Virus record (IMG/VR): IMGVR_UViG_3300045988_171102
Reading direction: 5' to 3' (one strand)
From: a virus
Length of the DNA stretch: 64,000 nt
The translations under genes and the position numbers were made by a program. Of this stretch, positions 53,998-62,697 are shown piece after piece. The notes under the pieces were generated by a model, which searched no databases, was not told where the DNA came from, and worked only from the letters and a program-made list of their open reading frames with translations. Numbering within the stretch: position 1 is the stretch's first letter; the number at the start of each line of letters is the position of its first letter.

Positions 53998-56957
53998 CTT
54001 ATTACATAACCTTCTTCCGTTTTTTCTTTATACATGAGGTTCTGCAACATATTACTATCCACTCCAAAACGTTCATATAATTCATCGTCTGTCAAATCCT
54101 GATCCTTCATAAACAGATTTAATTTGTCTTTTACAAGAATCATTTTTAACAGATTGCTTTCAATACTATTCTCGTAAGTTACAAAATACACTTGCTTGAA
54201 TTCCGTTGAAGTATAACGAATAAAGCGGAAATAATACTGACTCATGCTGGAGTTGTTCCAGTGCAATTCTGGAATAATACACTTATTCACAAAATCAATA
54301 TTCATACTTGCAGATAAGCTCTGCTGTGTGCTTATTAGAATTCCGTTTGTTGTTTCTTTTAACTCTTTGACAATTTTCTTTCTCTGTTTCAATGTAGTTT
54401 CATTTCCAGTAATCACAAATACAGGTCTACCCGGAAATGCTTTTTTGATTTCCTTTGCATATGCATCTACTACTGAAATATGACGCACACCAATAGCAAC
54501 TCTTTCATCAGAAAATTCGTCTAAAAGTGATAATACAGTTTTGAATTTTTCCGGCATTATCGACTGATTGTACTCTCTCAACATCTGAGGCGCAGCGCAA
54601 ATCTTCAAAAGTGCAAGCAACTGATTCAAAATTTTCAACATTGCATCTTTCCGGCTGTTCCCAGTTTTCGCAAACAGATATTCCATTTTATAGAACTCAT
54701 CCAATGCAACCTTATACAGACGTTTCTCTTCTTCTCCCATTTCACAAGCAATCTGTATAATCTCATAAAGCTGTTTGCCAGTAATTTCTTCAAATGTACG
54801 TGTGATAATCGTCTTATCAATCATCTGTTTCAAAATGTCTGCATTAAGAATATCTTGTGTGAACTGAGATACGCCAAATACAGTGATTTTCTCTGGAATA
54901 TGACTCGCTGCAAATAACTTACTACCCTTACGATATGCTGGATATGGCTGTAAAAAATATTCATTTATCCGGTTTTCCAGTTCTCCATCTTTGTTGCGTT
55001 CCATAATATACTCACATTCAGACAGCATATTGATAGAATTGTTGTACAATAATTCAAACTGAGGATAAATTTCAGTGATATTATTCCTTGTGCTTGTACC
55101 CGTCATCAGTGTTTTATACTTCAGCCGGCGAAAAGCATTTAATACGGCTTTTGTCCGTTTACTATCCTGATTACTCATATTATCCGATTCGTCAAAAATC
55201 AAAACGGCTTTCTGGCAGATTGATTTTACATATCGCTTGATGAATTTATGATATTTACACATCATATTTAAAGTGATAATTACAAATTGACCTTCTTTGA
55301 TATTTTGAATATCTGCAAGGTTTCCAATCATAACAAAATCAATACCGTACTGATCCAATACATCCTGCCAATTGTTCTTGATTGAGATTGCCGTACTCAC
55401 AATAAATACATTTTTCACATGATCGTGCTGCAAACGATATTTACCTATTGCAATTCCGGCGAATGTTTTACCGCTTCCCTGTTCCCACTGTATGAAACTA
55501 TATGGTTTCTGAATAAACAGATTCAGATCCGCTTTCTGAGCATCATTCAGCTTTATAGTTCTTTCATCATCCGTCAATGTAAACTCATCAAGCCACTTTG
55601 CTATTTTTTTGTTTGGTTGCATTTCAGAAAATGGCATATTCTGGATATCATACATCTTTCGCTTTTTATTCACGATCTTATCAATCCATTTTGACTGAAA
55701 ATGCCCCATTGAAAAGCCTTGCAACACAACATCGTTTATAGATGTAAAATCGCCATTATACTCAAATGTATAATTGTTTTTAATAATTCTACCAGTTCTA
55801 TCAAGTTTTGGATTCTGTGAACATAACGCCATTTTTAAATGCTTAATAACATCTTTCGGCTTGATTTTAAGTTGTTCCCATTCGTCCCATTTGATATGAT
55901 CCGGTTTTTTCTGTGTCTTATACCTATTGACATATTCACAACATTCTGCATACTGGCTGCATGTTTTCGGATTTCGTTTGATATCATACAGGAGTTTCTC
56001 AACCTTAAAACTCCACGCTTCATCGTCTTTACTATTTCTTACGGTTTCCAGAAAAATCTTGTTTTTAATCTGTTCTCTTTCTTCTGTAATAGGCTTTAAA
56101 TACTGCTCCCATACTTCATCGGAAGTAACACCGGAAAGTATCTCTGTACTATATGGAACTTCTTTCGTATATTCAGATTTTTTCTGAAAGAACACTATTT
56201 TGGTCTTGTAGTTCTCAACGCCCAAATGCTTAAAAGTATTCTTGTCAAGTTCTACTTGGCAGATAAAATTAAAATGCTCATTCATTCCGTCAATCATGCC
56301 ACCATCAGAGAAACTGTCAGCACAAAACGACATAGGCACGATAATAGCCATAATTCCGGCTGGCTTTAACAGTTCCGCAGCTTTCAGACAATAATAATAT
56401 TCTGACAAATAGTTACTGTCATCTTTTCTCCATCTCAGATTATACGGTGGATTTCCCAGAACATAATCAAAAGTAATTTTCGGCTCATAAAAACGAATAT
56501 CTGTATTTTCCAGCTTTGCATCTGGATAAAGGTATTTTGCCACTCTGTACGGCTTCCCGTCTAATTCGCAACCGTAAAAATTCGATTCAACCGGCGCACA
56601 ACTAATAAATGAACCATGTCCACAAGTAAGATCTGCTATCAAATCAGTATTTGAAATATGTAAACAATTATAAATCCATTCAACCAGCTTATAAGGTGTA
56701 AAGAACTGTCCTTGCTCAATATCTGCTTTCGCTCTCTGATAATCATAGTAACTATCATAGTTGTTGAACTCTAAACCATGAAGCCCACCTAATCCAGTAT
56801 ATGCATTGAAAATATCATCTTTTGAAATACCTGTTTCTACTTCTGGCAAATCGTTATTCACAATATATTCAATTTTTGTATTGATGTCTTCCCTCATTTT
56901 CTGTGGGATTACTTCATTTGTACATTTATACTTCATGACTTGTATATCTCCATTCAA
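53973..56957 (-). CDS. fusion protein: N6-adenine DNA methyltransferase domain plus SNF2/DEAD-like helicase domain
   Basis: N-terminal half has ADLTCGHGSFI (motif I) and LGNPPYNLRW (motif IV). C-terminal half has WEQGSGKTFAGI (helicase motif I) and IFDESDNMS (motif II). Confidence 0.8.
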   Translation of the reverse strand: MNGDIQVMKYKCTNEVIPQKMREDINTKIEYIVNNDLPEVETGISKDDIFNAYTGLGGLHGLEFNNYDSYYDYQRAKADIEQGQFFTPYKLVEWIYNCLHISNTDLIADLTCGHGSFISCAPVESNFYGCELDGKPYRVAKYLYPDAKLENTDIRFYEPKITFDYVLGNPPYNLRWRKDDSNYLSEYYYCLKAAELLKPAGIMAIIVPMSFCADSFSDGGMIDGMNEHFNFICQVELDKNTFKHLGVENYKTKIVFFQKKSEYTKEVPYSTEILSGVTSDEVWEQYLKPITEEREQIKNKIFLETVRNSKDDEAWSFKVEKLLYDIKRNPKTCSQYAECCEYVNRYKTQKKPDHIKWDEWEQLKIKPKDVIKHLKMALCSQNPKLDRTGRIIKNNYTFEYNGDFTSINDVVLQGFSMGHFQSKWIDKIVNKKRKMYDIQNMPFSEMQPNKKIAKWLDEFTLTDDERTIKLNDAQKADLNLFIQKPYSFIQWEQGSGKTFAGIAIGKYRLQHDHVKNVFIVSTAISIKNNWQDVLDQYGIDFVMIGNLADIQNIKEGQFVIITLNMMCKYHKFIKRYVKSICQKAVLIFDESDNMSNQDSKRTKAVLNAFRRLKYKTLMTGTSTRNNITEIYPQFELLYNNSINMLSECEYIMERNKDGELENRINEYFLQPYPAYRKGSKLFAASHIPEKITVFGVSQFTQDILNADILKQMIDKTIITRTFEEITGKQLYEIIQIACEMGEEEKRLYKVALDEFYKMEYLFAKTGNSRKDAMLKILNQLLALLKICAAPQMLREYNQSIMPEKFKTVLSLLDEFSDERVAIGVRHISVVDAYAKEIKKAFPGRPVFVITGNETTLKQRKKIVKELKETTNGILISTQQSLSASMNIDFVNKCIIPELHWNNSSMSQYYFRFIRYTSTEFKQVYFVTYENSIESNLLKMILVKDKLNLFMKDQDLTDDELYERFGVDSNMLQNLMYKEKTEEGYVIRWGDQKVS

Positions 56958-56987
56958 TTACATTTATTATCGTGTATATGATTCCTC

Positions 56988-57854
56988 CTAAATAAGTGTA
57001 TAACCACACCATTCTCTTGCGAATTTACGGCAAAATTCTGCATCTGTAAAAGTAACATCAACCCTTCCATTCTTGAAGAGTTTGATATGCTTGACTCCGA
57101 CCTCTGGTGCTGAAAATCCATTCTGAAAATCATCCTCTTCAAGTCTTATAGAATAAGAGTCATATAGATGATTCAGTGAATAAACTTGTGTTTTTTCTCC
57201 ATATGTATTAAATGCCAACGCATCAATAAAAGCACATAACCATTCTGTACCACCGAAATTGTAATAATCAAAATATTTTTCTTTACTACAATAACCACCT
57301 GTATATGTGAATTTATTACCTTTTACTTTAATTTTCCATGTATCACGATAGCCGTTGTAACATTTTTCTTTCAATTTATCTTTTATTTCTTTGATAGCCT
57401 TTTCTTCAAAACTCATACCGCCTAACTGGTCAAAAATCTTGTCAAGCACTGCATGGTAGTCAATGAAGTCAACAACAAGCTCTTTGATAGGTTCTGAGTC
57501 AGTGTATCTGTAATATTCTCTATCCAGATCATATCTATCAAAATTGTTTTCAAGTTGCACATTATACTTATTTGAAAAGTAACTGAAAATACCGCTTATA
57601 TAATTATTTTGAACATCAGAAAGCGATTTTGGGACACCAAAATTCCCAACTAAAAAAGAAGAATACTTGTAATTTTTGCGGTCTTCTTCTGAATATGATT
57701 CATTTTCTGCCTTATAGATATTATAAACAGACTTGTAAACTGCAATTGCTCGTTTGTATAATTCCTCTCTGTGAGTCAACCATGCTTGATCTTCCTTGCT
57801 GATTCTATCAGATTTCTTAATTTGAAAGTTTCCGAATTTATCTGTAATTCCCAT
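56988..57854 (-). CDS. hypothetical protein
   Basis: 288-aa ORF between the two large proteins. Confidence 0.55.
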   Translation of the reverse strand: MGITDKFGNFQIKKSDRISKEDQAWLTHREELYKRAIAVYKSVYNIYKAENESYSEEDRKNYKYSSFLVGNFGVPKSLSDVQNNYISGIFSYFSNKYNVQLENNFDRYDLDREYYRYTDSEPIKELVVDFIDYHAVLDKIFDQLGGMSFEEKAIKEIKDKLKEKCYNGYRDTWKIKVKGNKFTYTGGYCSKEKYFDYYNFGGTEWLCAFIDALAFNTYGEKTQVYSLNHLYDSYSIRLEEDDFQNGFSAPEVGVKHIKLFKNGRVDVTFTDAEFCRKFAREWCGYTLI

Positions 57855-57911
57855 TTTATAACTCTCCTTTATACTTTTAATTTTTAACCTGTACGATGCA
57901 TTGTTTTCTCT

Positions 57912-59741
57912 TTAAAATACAGGCTTATATGTATTGATAATAGGTTTCAATCCTTGTTCCGCAAAGTATTCAAGTATAGCATCATACTGCTTTCTATCAA
58001 ATAATGCCCATTTAGATTTTTGTGTAATACAATGTTCTTTGTATGATATATCAAACAGAACTGTATCAGGAAGGTCATACCATCCATTGTAGATGATAAC
58101 ATCTCCATAAAACCACTTATAATAAAGACCTTTCTTTCTATGCGGCTTGAATGTCATTTTCACAGAATTATCATACTGTGCGTATTGCCCGATTTCGTAA
58201 CTATGAAATGTTACTTTTGATACCGACATCATACCAAAGTCGCTATACTTTACGATTGTGATTCTCTGTCCTGCCTCAAGGTTTGTATTTTTGAATTGTT
58301 CCGCTATGCTGTCAACTTCTGTAAGAACCTTATACATAACCGTTTTAAGTTCGGGAATTGTAATTGCTCTGACAATGCCGGCATTCAACTTGAATTTATT
58401 TGCATAAATCCATTCTTTCATACAAGCCTTATATAAATCAAAATCTTCATCCTGCCATGTCTTTTTGATTTCATTTTGGCTGATAATCTCGGTGCTGACA
58501 TCTTCAATAGTTTCTGCAAGTTCAATATTATGCTGATGTTCTTCTTCACTAATACCATAATCTGAATGGTAAGTGTCAACCTTTTGGCTCTGCTCATCGT
58601 AAACATATACATATCTTGCATAATTGTAACCCTGTGGATCAACGATAAGTTTCAGTTCACCATCACAATATATAGCAACGCAATCAATATTGTACCACTC
58701 GACAGTTTCCCTTTCTTCTTCGGTCATCATATCGTAGTCTATTGATGATTGGATTCTACTGTCATCTGTACGGCTTCCGCCCATTCCATCAAAGAATGAA
58801 TAATCGCTCATCAACTGTTTTTCAAAAAGTGCATAGACCTCTGTGGTAAAATGTACTTCTCTGGAAACCTGACAAGTTTCTCTACACTGTTTTTCATCAT
58901 AAATTTCAGTGTGGTCAAGGTTGTCATCTTTGTTAGCCTTTAGAATGGCATTCACGATAGTATAATCAACCGCTTTAATCTCTGCGTTCTTTTCAATTCT
59001 GCGGATTTTCTTCTGTCGTTCTGCTTCTGCTTTTTCATACTCCGCCTGCCTGATTTTATATTCTTCAACACCTTTTTTAATTCGTTCTTCTTCCTGCTTC
59101 TTTTGTTCGGCATCAAACTCTGATTTTTTTACAAGAAAATCTGTTTCAAGCTCTGTTTCGTTCGGTTTACATTCACGCTGATTATAGTTGTAATTTACAA
59201 TGTCATTTTTATAAACGCCGTAAAAATTGACATCAAAATAATCTGTCATGCTGTCGCTGTTGTCATAATTCCAGCTCTGCGCATATGTATAAGCATAATT
59301 AACAATAGCCTTCAAAGCCTCTGAATTCCGTGAAAATGGGCTTTCAAGCAATTCAACACGAATACTGTTATAATCACTCGTAACCGACCATTTGCACATT
59401 GAAAACCTATTCCGTAAATGTTTACGAATATTGGCAGCAATTTCTTTTGTATTCGTTATGTGGGTTTTACCGTAATTATCTTCAATTCCTTCTGTATGTG
59501 TTAAAGACCATAAGTCAATGTTAGTTTCTGTTTTTGGCTTATACTCAAAACTGCCTTCCGATTCTGAAATTTGATTAGCAAGAGCAACCGTGTCATCGTT
59601 TTGTTTTGCGTACCACATCCGCTGTTTTCCATTCCAACGAAATCCCGCTTCTTTAATGGCAGTAATAACATCTGTATTCGGTTTAGTGTCAAAGCGTAAT
59701 TCAATGCCGTTCTTCTCTGTATTTAATGTAATGTTTAACAT
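57912..59741 (-). CDS. large hypothetical protein (polyvalent-protein-like N-terminal module)
   Basis: 609 aa. N-terminal GIELRFDTKPNTDVITAIKEAGFRWNGKQRMWYA resembles, by recall only, a module common at the N-termini of large phage and conjugative-element proteins. A Lys/Glu coiled coil lies in the middle. Confidence 0.55.
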   Translation of the reverse strand: MLNITLNTEKNGIELRFDTKPNTDVITAIKEAGFRWNGKQRMWYAKQNDDTVALANQISESEGSFEYKPKTETNIDLWSLTHTEGIEDNYGKTHITNTKEIAANIRKHLRNRFSMCKWSVTSDYNSIRVELLESPFSRNSEALKAIVNYAYTYAQSWNYDNSDSMTDYFDVNFYGVYKNDIVNYNYNQRECKPNETELETDFLVKKSEFDAEQKKQEEERIKKGVEEYKIRQAEYEKAEAERQKKIRRIEKNAEIKAVDYTIVNAILKANKDDNLDHTEIYDEKQCRETCQVSREVHFTTEVYALFEKQLMSDYSFFDGMGGSRTDDSRIQSSIDYDMMTEEERETVEWYNIDCVAIYCDGELKLIVDPQGYNYARYVYVYDEQSQKVDTYHSDYGISEEEHQHNIELAETIEDVSTEIISQNEIKKTWQDEDFDLYKACMKEWIYANKFKLNAGIVRAITIPELKTVMYKVLTEVDSIAEQFKNTNLEAGQRITIVKYSDFGMMSVSKVTFHSYEIGQYAQYDNSVKMTFKPHRKKGLYYKWFYGDVIIYNGWYDLPDTVLFDISYKEHCITQKSKWALFDRKQYDAILEYFAEQGLKPIINTYKPVF

Positions 59742-59796
59742 AATGTTACCTCCTTAACATTCTGTTTTATTCCTGAGAATGCTACACAATTTTTAA

Positions 59797-59964
59797 TTAT
59801 TCAAATTTAGCACCACTGAAATACCATCCGGGATGGCGTTTCAAAAGGTTTTTCAACTCATTATAACTATAACCAACGCACCATACTACAATACGACCGT
59901 CTTTGTCTCTGATGCATTGTTCTGTTCCTTTTTTTCTACTTCTACAATAATCTGCCCATGCCAT
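59797..59964 (-). CDS. small hypothetical protein (55 aa, below track cutoff)
   Basis: My translation gives MAWADYCRSRKKGTEQCIRDKDGRIVVWCVGYSYNELKNLLKRHPGWYFSGAKFE, preceded by AAGGAGGAAAATATT. Confidence 0.5.
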   Translation of the reverse strand: MAWADYCRSRKKGTEQCIRDKDGRIVVWCVGYSYNELKNLLKRHPGWYFSGAKFE

Positions 59965-60003
59965 AATATTTTCCTCCTTAAAATCAATGAAATGTTAGTT
60001 TTA

Positions 60004-60228
60004 TTACCATTTAATGTTTCCAACTTTGATATAACTATTTTCATACATCATTTCAGCAGTGTCAGATACCTTTATATCTTCCAAAGTGCAATGCTCGGAC
60101 TCTATCTGCTCGAATTGCTCCCGCAAGCCCTCACCAAAAGCAATAGCACATCTTTTATTTACAACTTCCTTTTTGTCTCCCAGATATTTCGTCCGATGTC
60201 CTTTTGCGTGATACTTCACAACAAACAT
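60004..60228 (-). CDS. hypothetical protein
   Basis: 74-aa ORF preceded by GAGGAGGAATAATCAAA. Confidence 0.55.
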   Translation of the reverse strand: MFVVKYHAKGHRTKYLGDKKEVVNKRCAIAFGEGLREQFEQIESEHCTLEDIKVSDTAEMMYENSYIKVGNIKW

Positions 60229-60529
60229 TTTGATTATTCCTCCTCGATAATTTCTAACTCCCGCATTCCCACTCCCATTCCGCTTCTCTAAACTTCTTCA
60301 TAAACTCATCAAAAGAAAGATTTTTCCAGTCATTGATTGTTTTCTTATTCCATCTACATTTTGCTCTGTTGAATTTGAAAGCCGTCAAGCCAGATGTTCC
60401 GAAGGATACAAAAGCAACTACTTGATATATCCATATCCTCTTTATATATGCTATTCTTTAACCTTTCTCTATATCTTTCGTAGTTTTGTTTTAGGATTTC
60501 AATATCTCTGTTGTTCATATTTTCACCCC

Positions 60530-60877
60530 TTACTGTTCGTACACATTGTACTTCAAAATTGCATTTCCTCTAACCTGATTATCAAGAATTTTTCCGTTGT
60601 AGTTATAATACTTGCCTTTTACGGGTTCATAACCAGCAAGCCAAGGGCAAGGGCATTTCTTGAAATAGTCCTTCTTTTTCCAGTAGACATCACCGTATGG
60701 ATTCTGCTTGTAGTAGTCATCCTCGATTTTCTGCCAGTCTGCAAGAATTTTCCTCTCCTGCTCGGTCAAATCCCTTTCGCCTCTCTCATAGATGGTCAAG
60801 GATTTTCCGTCATATTCGATTAACTTTGCTGGAGGAAAATCCAAACTGCTGGTCAATCCATCGGCGGTTTCAAGCAT
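60530..60877 (-). CDS. hypothetical protein
   Basis: 115-aa ORF. Confidence 0.55.
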   Translation of the reverse strand: MLETADGLTSSLDFPPAKLIEYDGKSLTIYERGERDLTEQERKILADWQKIEDDYYKQNPYGDVYWKKKDYFKKCPCPWLAGYEPVKGKYYNYNGKILDNQVRGNAILKYNVYEQ

Positions 60878-61025
60878 AATTTTTTACAGTATTTACAGAT
60901 TGAATCGTTCTGATTCCTCTGTATCTTTCCGGGATTTCTTCTCCTGTTTTTCCATAGCGTTCCACCATTTCAAGTTTGATTTTTCCGCTTGCTGCATCTC
61001 GTTTAAAATCTGCAAGTGTTTTCAT
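60870..61025 (-). CDS. small hypothetical protein (51 aa)
   Basis: My translation gives MKTLADFKRDAASGKIKLEMVERYGKTGEEIPERYRGIRTIQSVNTVKNYA, preceded by AAAGGAGAAAACGAA. Its stop overlaps the next start (ATGCTTGA). Confidence 0.5.
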   Translation of the reverse strand: MKTLADFKRDAASGKIKLEMVERYGKTGEEIPERYRGIRTIQSVNTVKNYA

Positions 61026-61038
61026 TTCGTTTTCTCCT

Positions 61039-61293
61039 TTACTTACTGTAAATTAGTTTGTCGGCTATATCACGCCATTCAAAATTTATATTTAATTTTC
61101 CGTCACAAACATCCCATTGTTGTAACTCGCTGTTAAGTATTGCAGCTAAATCCGATTCCGGATTTTCGTCAACATTTTCAATTAAAGTATCAATTTTTCC
61201 ATCGTAAAAATTTCCTTGTTCCTCATAGTTATAAAGTACAATATTTTCCGTTGTTGTATCTGTTGCCATTTCTAAAAATTCTCTGATTGTCAT
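61039..61293 (-). CDS. hypothetical acidic protein
   Basis: 84-aa ORF preceded by AAGGAGGAATAATAGA. Confidence 0.55.
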   Translation of the reverse strand: MTIREFLEMATDTTTENIVLYNYEEQGNFYDGKIDTLIENVDENPESDLAAILNSELQQWDVCDGKLNINFEWRDIADKLIYSK

Positions 61294-61319
61294 TCTATTA
61301 TTCCTCCTTGTTTATGTCT

Positions 61320-61390
61320 GGGTTGCCTCATCAGGCAGTGAGCGCCCATCTCACTGCTACGGGCTTTTTCTGCCCGTTTCGCCGATATTA
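61320..61390 (-). ncRNA. type II hammerhead-ribozyme-like motif (stem II not resolved)
   Basis: The minus strand reads C-GAAAC-GGGC(agaaaaa)GCCC-GUA-GCAGUGAG(augggcg)CUCACUGC-CUGAUGAG. This gives the core GAAA, a 6-bp stem III with an A-U closing pair, the GUA cleavage triplet, an 8-bp stem I hairpin and the CUGAUGA box. It is a GC-rich island in an AT-rich spacer. Confidence 0.4.
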
Positions 61391-61583
61391 CAACGTATTT
61401 TAATTATTTTTAAAATTCTTCTTTTATAAAACAGTAAACGGAACATCAAAAATTAGCGTGTTATAAAATGCAACAATCAATCACTGTTAAAAAAGGATTT
61501 TTGCGTAGCTCATCAACAATTTTTTCATATTCTAAATGTCGTTGATATTCAGACTCATTTAAAATATGACCAAACTGCTTTAT

Positions 61584-61841
61584 TTACATTTCATAAAAAT
61601 CAGTAACATTATGAGGGTAATATAATTTTATACCGTCAGTATATATGTTTCCCCTGTATTCATTCAAGCCGTTATCAGCTAAAACTTTATGCAGTGAAAA
61701 CAATTTTGAAGGCGGTAATTGCATAATTGGTGTTATCCCACGAATTACACCTTTAGTTTTAAGCGTATTAGAATTTTTTACAGTCCACGAATTTCTACTG
61801 ATTTTTATAGAATCAGTTTTTTCAATTTCTGTAATTTTCAT
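61584..61841 (-). CDS. hypothetical protein
   Basis: 85-aa ORF. Confidence 0.45.
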   Translation of the reverse strand: MKITEIEKTDSIKISRNSWTVKNSNTLKTKGVIRGITPIMQLPPSKLFSLHKVLADNGLNEYRGNIYTDGIKLYYPHNVTDFYEM

Positions 61842-61845
61842 AGTT

Positions 61846-62178
61846 TTAAACCTCTTTTAATAATTCCGCCGTTTCTAATTCCAATTCATAATCCGTTATT
61901 TTATTTAAATAAGATATAAAATCACGCAAATAAATAATGGCATCCTCGCTCAATTCACATTGATAATTATTTATATATTTATATATAAGTTTCTTTAATA
62001 CAAAAGTTTCTTTTATATTAAATTTATATATAGTATATATTTCCATATTGGATTTATTTAGACTATTCCAATCAAGATTTGATATATCATCATTTCTATT
62101 CATATCAGTATAATTTGTAATTATATCATAGAATTTAAGTATTTTATTTTTAGATTCTGTTTTCATAAATAATTCCAC
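61846..62178 (-). CDS. hypothetical protein
   Basis: 110-aa ORF. Confidence 0.5.
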   Translation of the reverse strand: MELFMKTESKNKILKFYDIITNYTDMNRNDDISNLDWNSLNKSNMEIYTIYKFNIKETFVLKKLIYKYINNYQCELSEDAIIYLRDFISYLNKITDYELELETAELLKEV

Positions 62179-62212
62179 CTTTATTTTTTAATTATTTTGA
62201 GTTTTCACTCTA

Positions 62213-62440
62213 TCATATAACTTCATCTGTAAGATTATTTAATATACCCAATAATGCGCAATAAGTGCATCCGTTTTTATTGTACAAGTCTGTTGTAAAT
62301 ATTTCCGTATAGTTATCGCTCTGTATAGCTTGCAAGATCTGTTTGAAAAATAACTTGTTAAAATAACGGATGTTGCTACACTCTGATTGTAATTCTGTTT
62401 TAACTGTTTTATATAATTGTTCAAATTTTTTTGTTGTCAT
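62213..62440 (-). CDS. hypothetical protein
   Basis: 75-aa ORF. The nested 62239..62424 ORF was discarded. Confidence 0.45.
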   Translation of the reverse strand: MTTKKFEQLYKTVKTELQSECSNIRYFNKLFFKQILQAIQSDNYTEIFTTDLYNKNGCTYCALLGILNNLTDEVI

Positions 62441-62446
62441 ATTATT

Positions 62447-62608
62447 TCAGCCTCCGATCATTACAAGAAATTTACAACAGTAATAAAAACTTAAATAGGC
62501 AGCAGTAAAAATAATAATAGCAATTGCAAGGAATAAACTAATTTCAAGTGTTACGGCTCTGTTATGTTGTTTTTTTCGGTTTACTATGTATTTCGTGGGC
62601 GTTCTCAT
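62447..62608 (-). CDS. small membrane protein (53 aa)
   Basis: My translation gives MRTPTKYIVNRKKQHNRAVTLEISLFLAIAIIIFTAAYLSFYYCCKFLVMIGG, preceded by GGAGGAAGACACACA. Confidence 0.5.
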   Translation of the reverse strand: MRTPTKYIVNRKKQHNRAVTLEISLFLAIAIIIFTAAYLSFYYCCKFLVMIGG

Positions 62609-62644
62609 TGTGTGTCTTCCTCCTCTTTAAGTAATAAAAAGCAT

Positions 62645-62678
62645 TAAAAAAAGAAGCTAACACACAAGTTAGCTTCTT
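62645..62678 (-). terminator. rho-independent terminator after 62698..63603
   Basis: The minus strand reads AAAGAAGCTAAC-ttgtgt-GTTAGCTTCTTT followed by TTTTAATGCTTTTT. Confidence 0.65.
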
Positions 62679-62697
62679 TACAATTTAGATTATTCAA

